Both the position numbers and the translations under genes were made by a program. This document shows positions 63,782-64,000 of a DNA stretch of 64,000 nucleotides, piece by piece. The notes beneath the pieces are model-generated. The model ran no database searches. It was not told the origin of the DNA and worked only from the letters and a program-made list of their open reading frames with translations. The DNA is from Amoebidium appalachense (Eukaryota; Protista; Ichthyosporea), in the NCBI GenBank assembly GCA_963693365.1, contig CAVNZM010000001.1:9943661-10007660 (forward strand), read 5' to 3'. How positions within the stretch are numbered: the stretch's first letter is position 1; each line of letters begins with the position of its first letter.

Positions 63782-64000
63782 CGCGGGTGGCTGGGAGGGG
63801 CCCGCGAGGCACAGGAGGCACGCGTGGCATGTGCGCCACAGGAGCCCCTCCCAGCCACCCCCAGCCCCCCAGGCCCCCAGGCCCCAGCCCGGATGGGTGA
63901 CCGAGGACGACAGATATGGACCCGACTCGGGGTGGGTTTATTGACGCGCCGCGGCGGCCCAGGTAGCAAACGCCGTGCGGCCATCCGCAAGCGCCTGCGC

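Larger units (their letters stand above)
46921..64000. mobile_element. Left part of an endogenous DNA-virus-like or giant mobile element with a palindromic (hairpin-type) terminus; continues past the window
   Basis: Abrupt switch from intron- and microsatellite-rich host DNA to compact intronless ORFs. Terminal palindrome, tandem repeat arrays, a D5-like SF3 helicase, a PD-(D/E)XK nuclease, and MYND and C2H2 proteins. Confidence 0.8.

Noticed and set aside
46921-64000. Assignment as Polinton/Maverick, Helitron or parvovirus
   Set aside because: No pPolB, integrase, capsid or HUH motifs are visible in the window, the terminus lacks Polinton-type simple-repeat TIRs, and the element is far larger than a parvovirus.

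Overview
Eukaryotic nuclear DNA, probably from a protist, in two very different halves. Bases 1 to ~46,900 are host chromosome. Long introns and intergenic DNA there are full of poly-G/poly-C runs and (CA)n/(GA)n microsatellites, which explain most of the spurious low-complexity ORFs in the track. Four real host genes are visible: a multi-exon protein arginine methyltransferase, an intronless AGC/PKA-like kinase, an intronless APC amino-acid permease and a multi-exon secreted S41-like peptidase. From ~46,920 to the window end the sequence changes abruptly into a compact, intronless, microsatellite-poor element that looks like an endogenous DNA virus or a giant mobile element. It opens with a 368-bp near-perfect GC-rich palindrome, which is what an opened hairpin terminus would look like. 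It also has subterminal GC-box repeats, a 92/93-bp palindromic repeat array present twice in inverted orientation, and a ~1.1-kb array of 22-bp units each containing CCCTAA. Its genes have CCAAT+TATA promoters and encode coiled-coil, MYND, C2H2 zinc-finger and small membrane proteins. A divergent pair encodes a D5-like SF3 helicase and a PD-(D/E)XK nuclease that share a homologous C-terminal winged-helix-like domain. A solo LTR with a 5-bp TSD interrupts one element gene, which argues for genuine genomic integration. The right end and any capsid, polymerase or integrase genes are not in this window, so the element cannot be classified here. All family calls come from motif reading; no database search was run.
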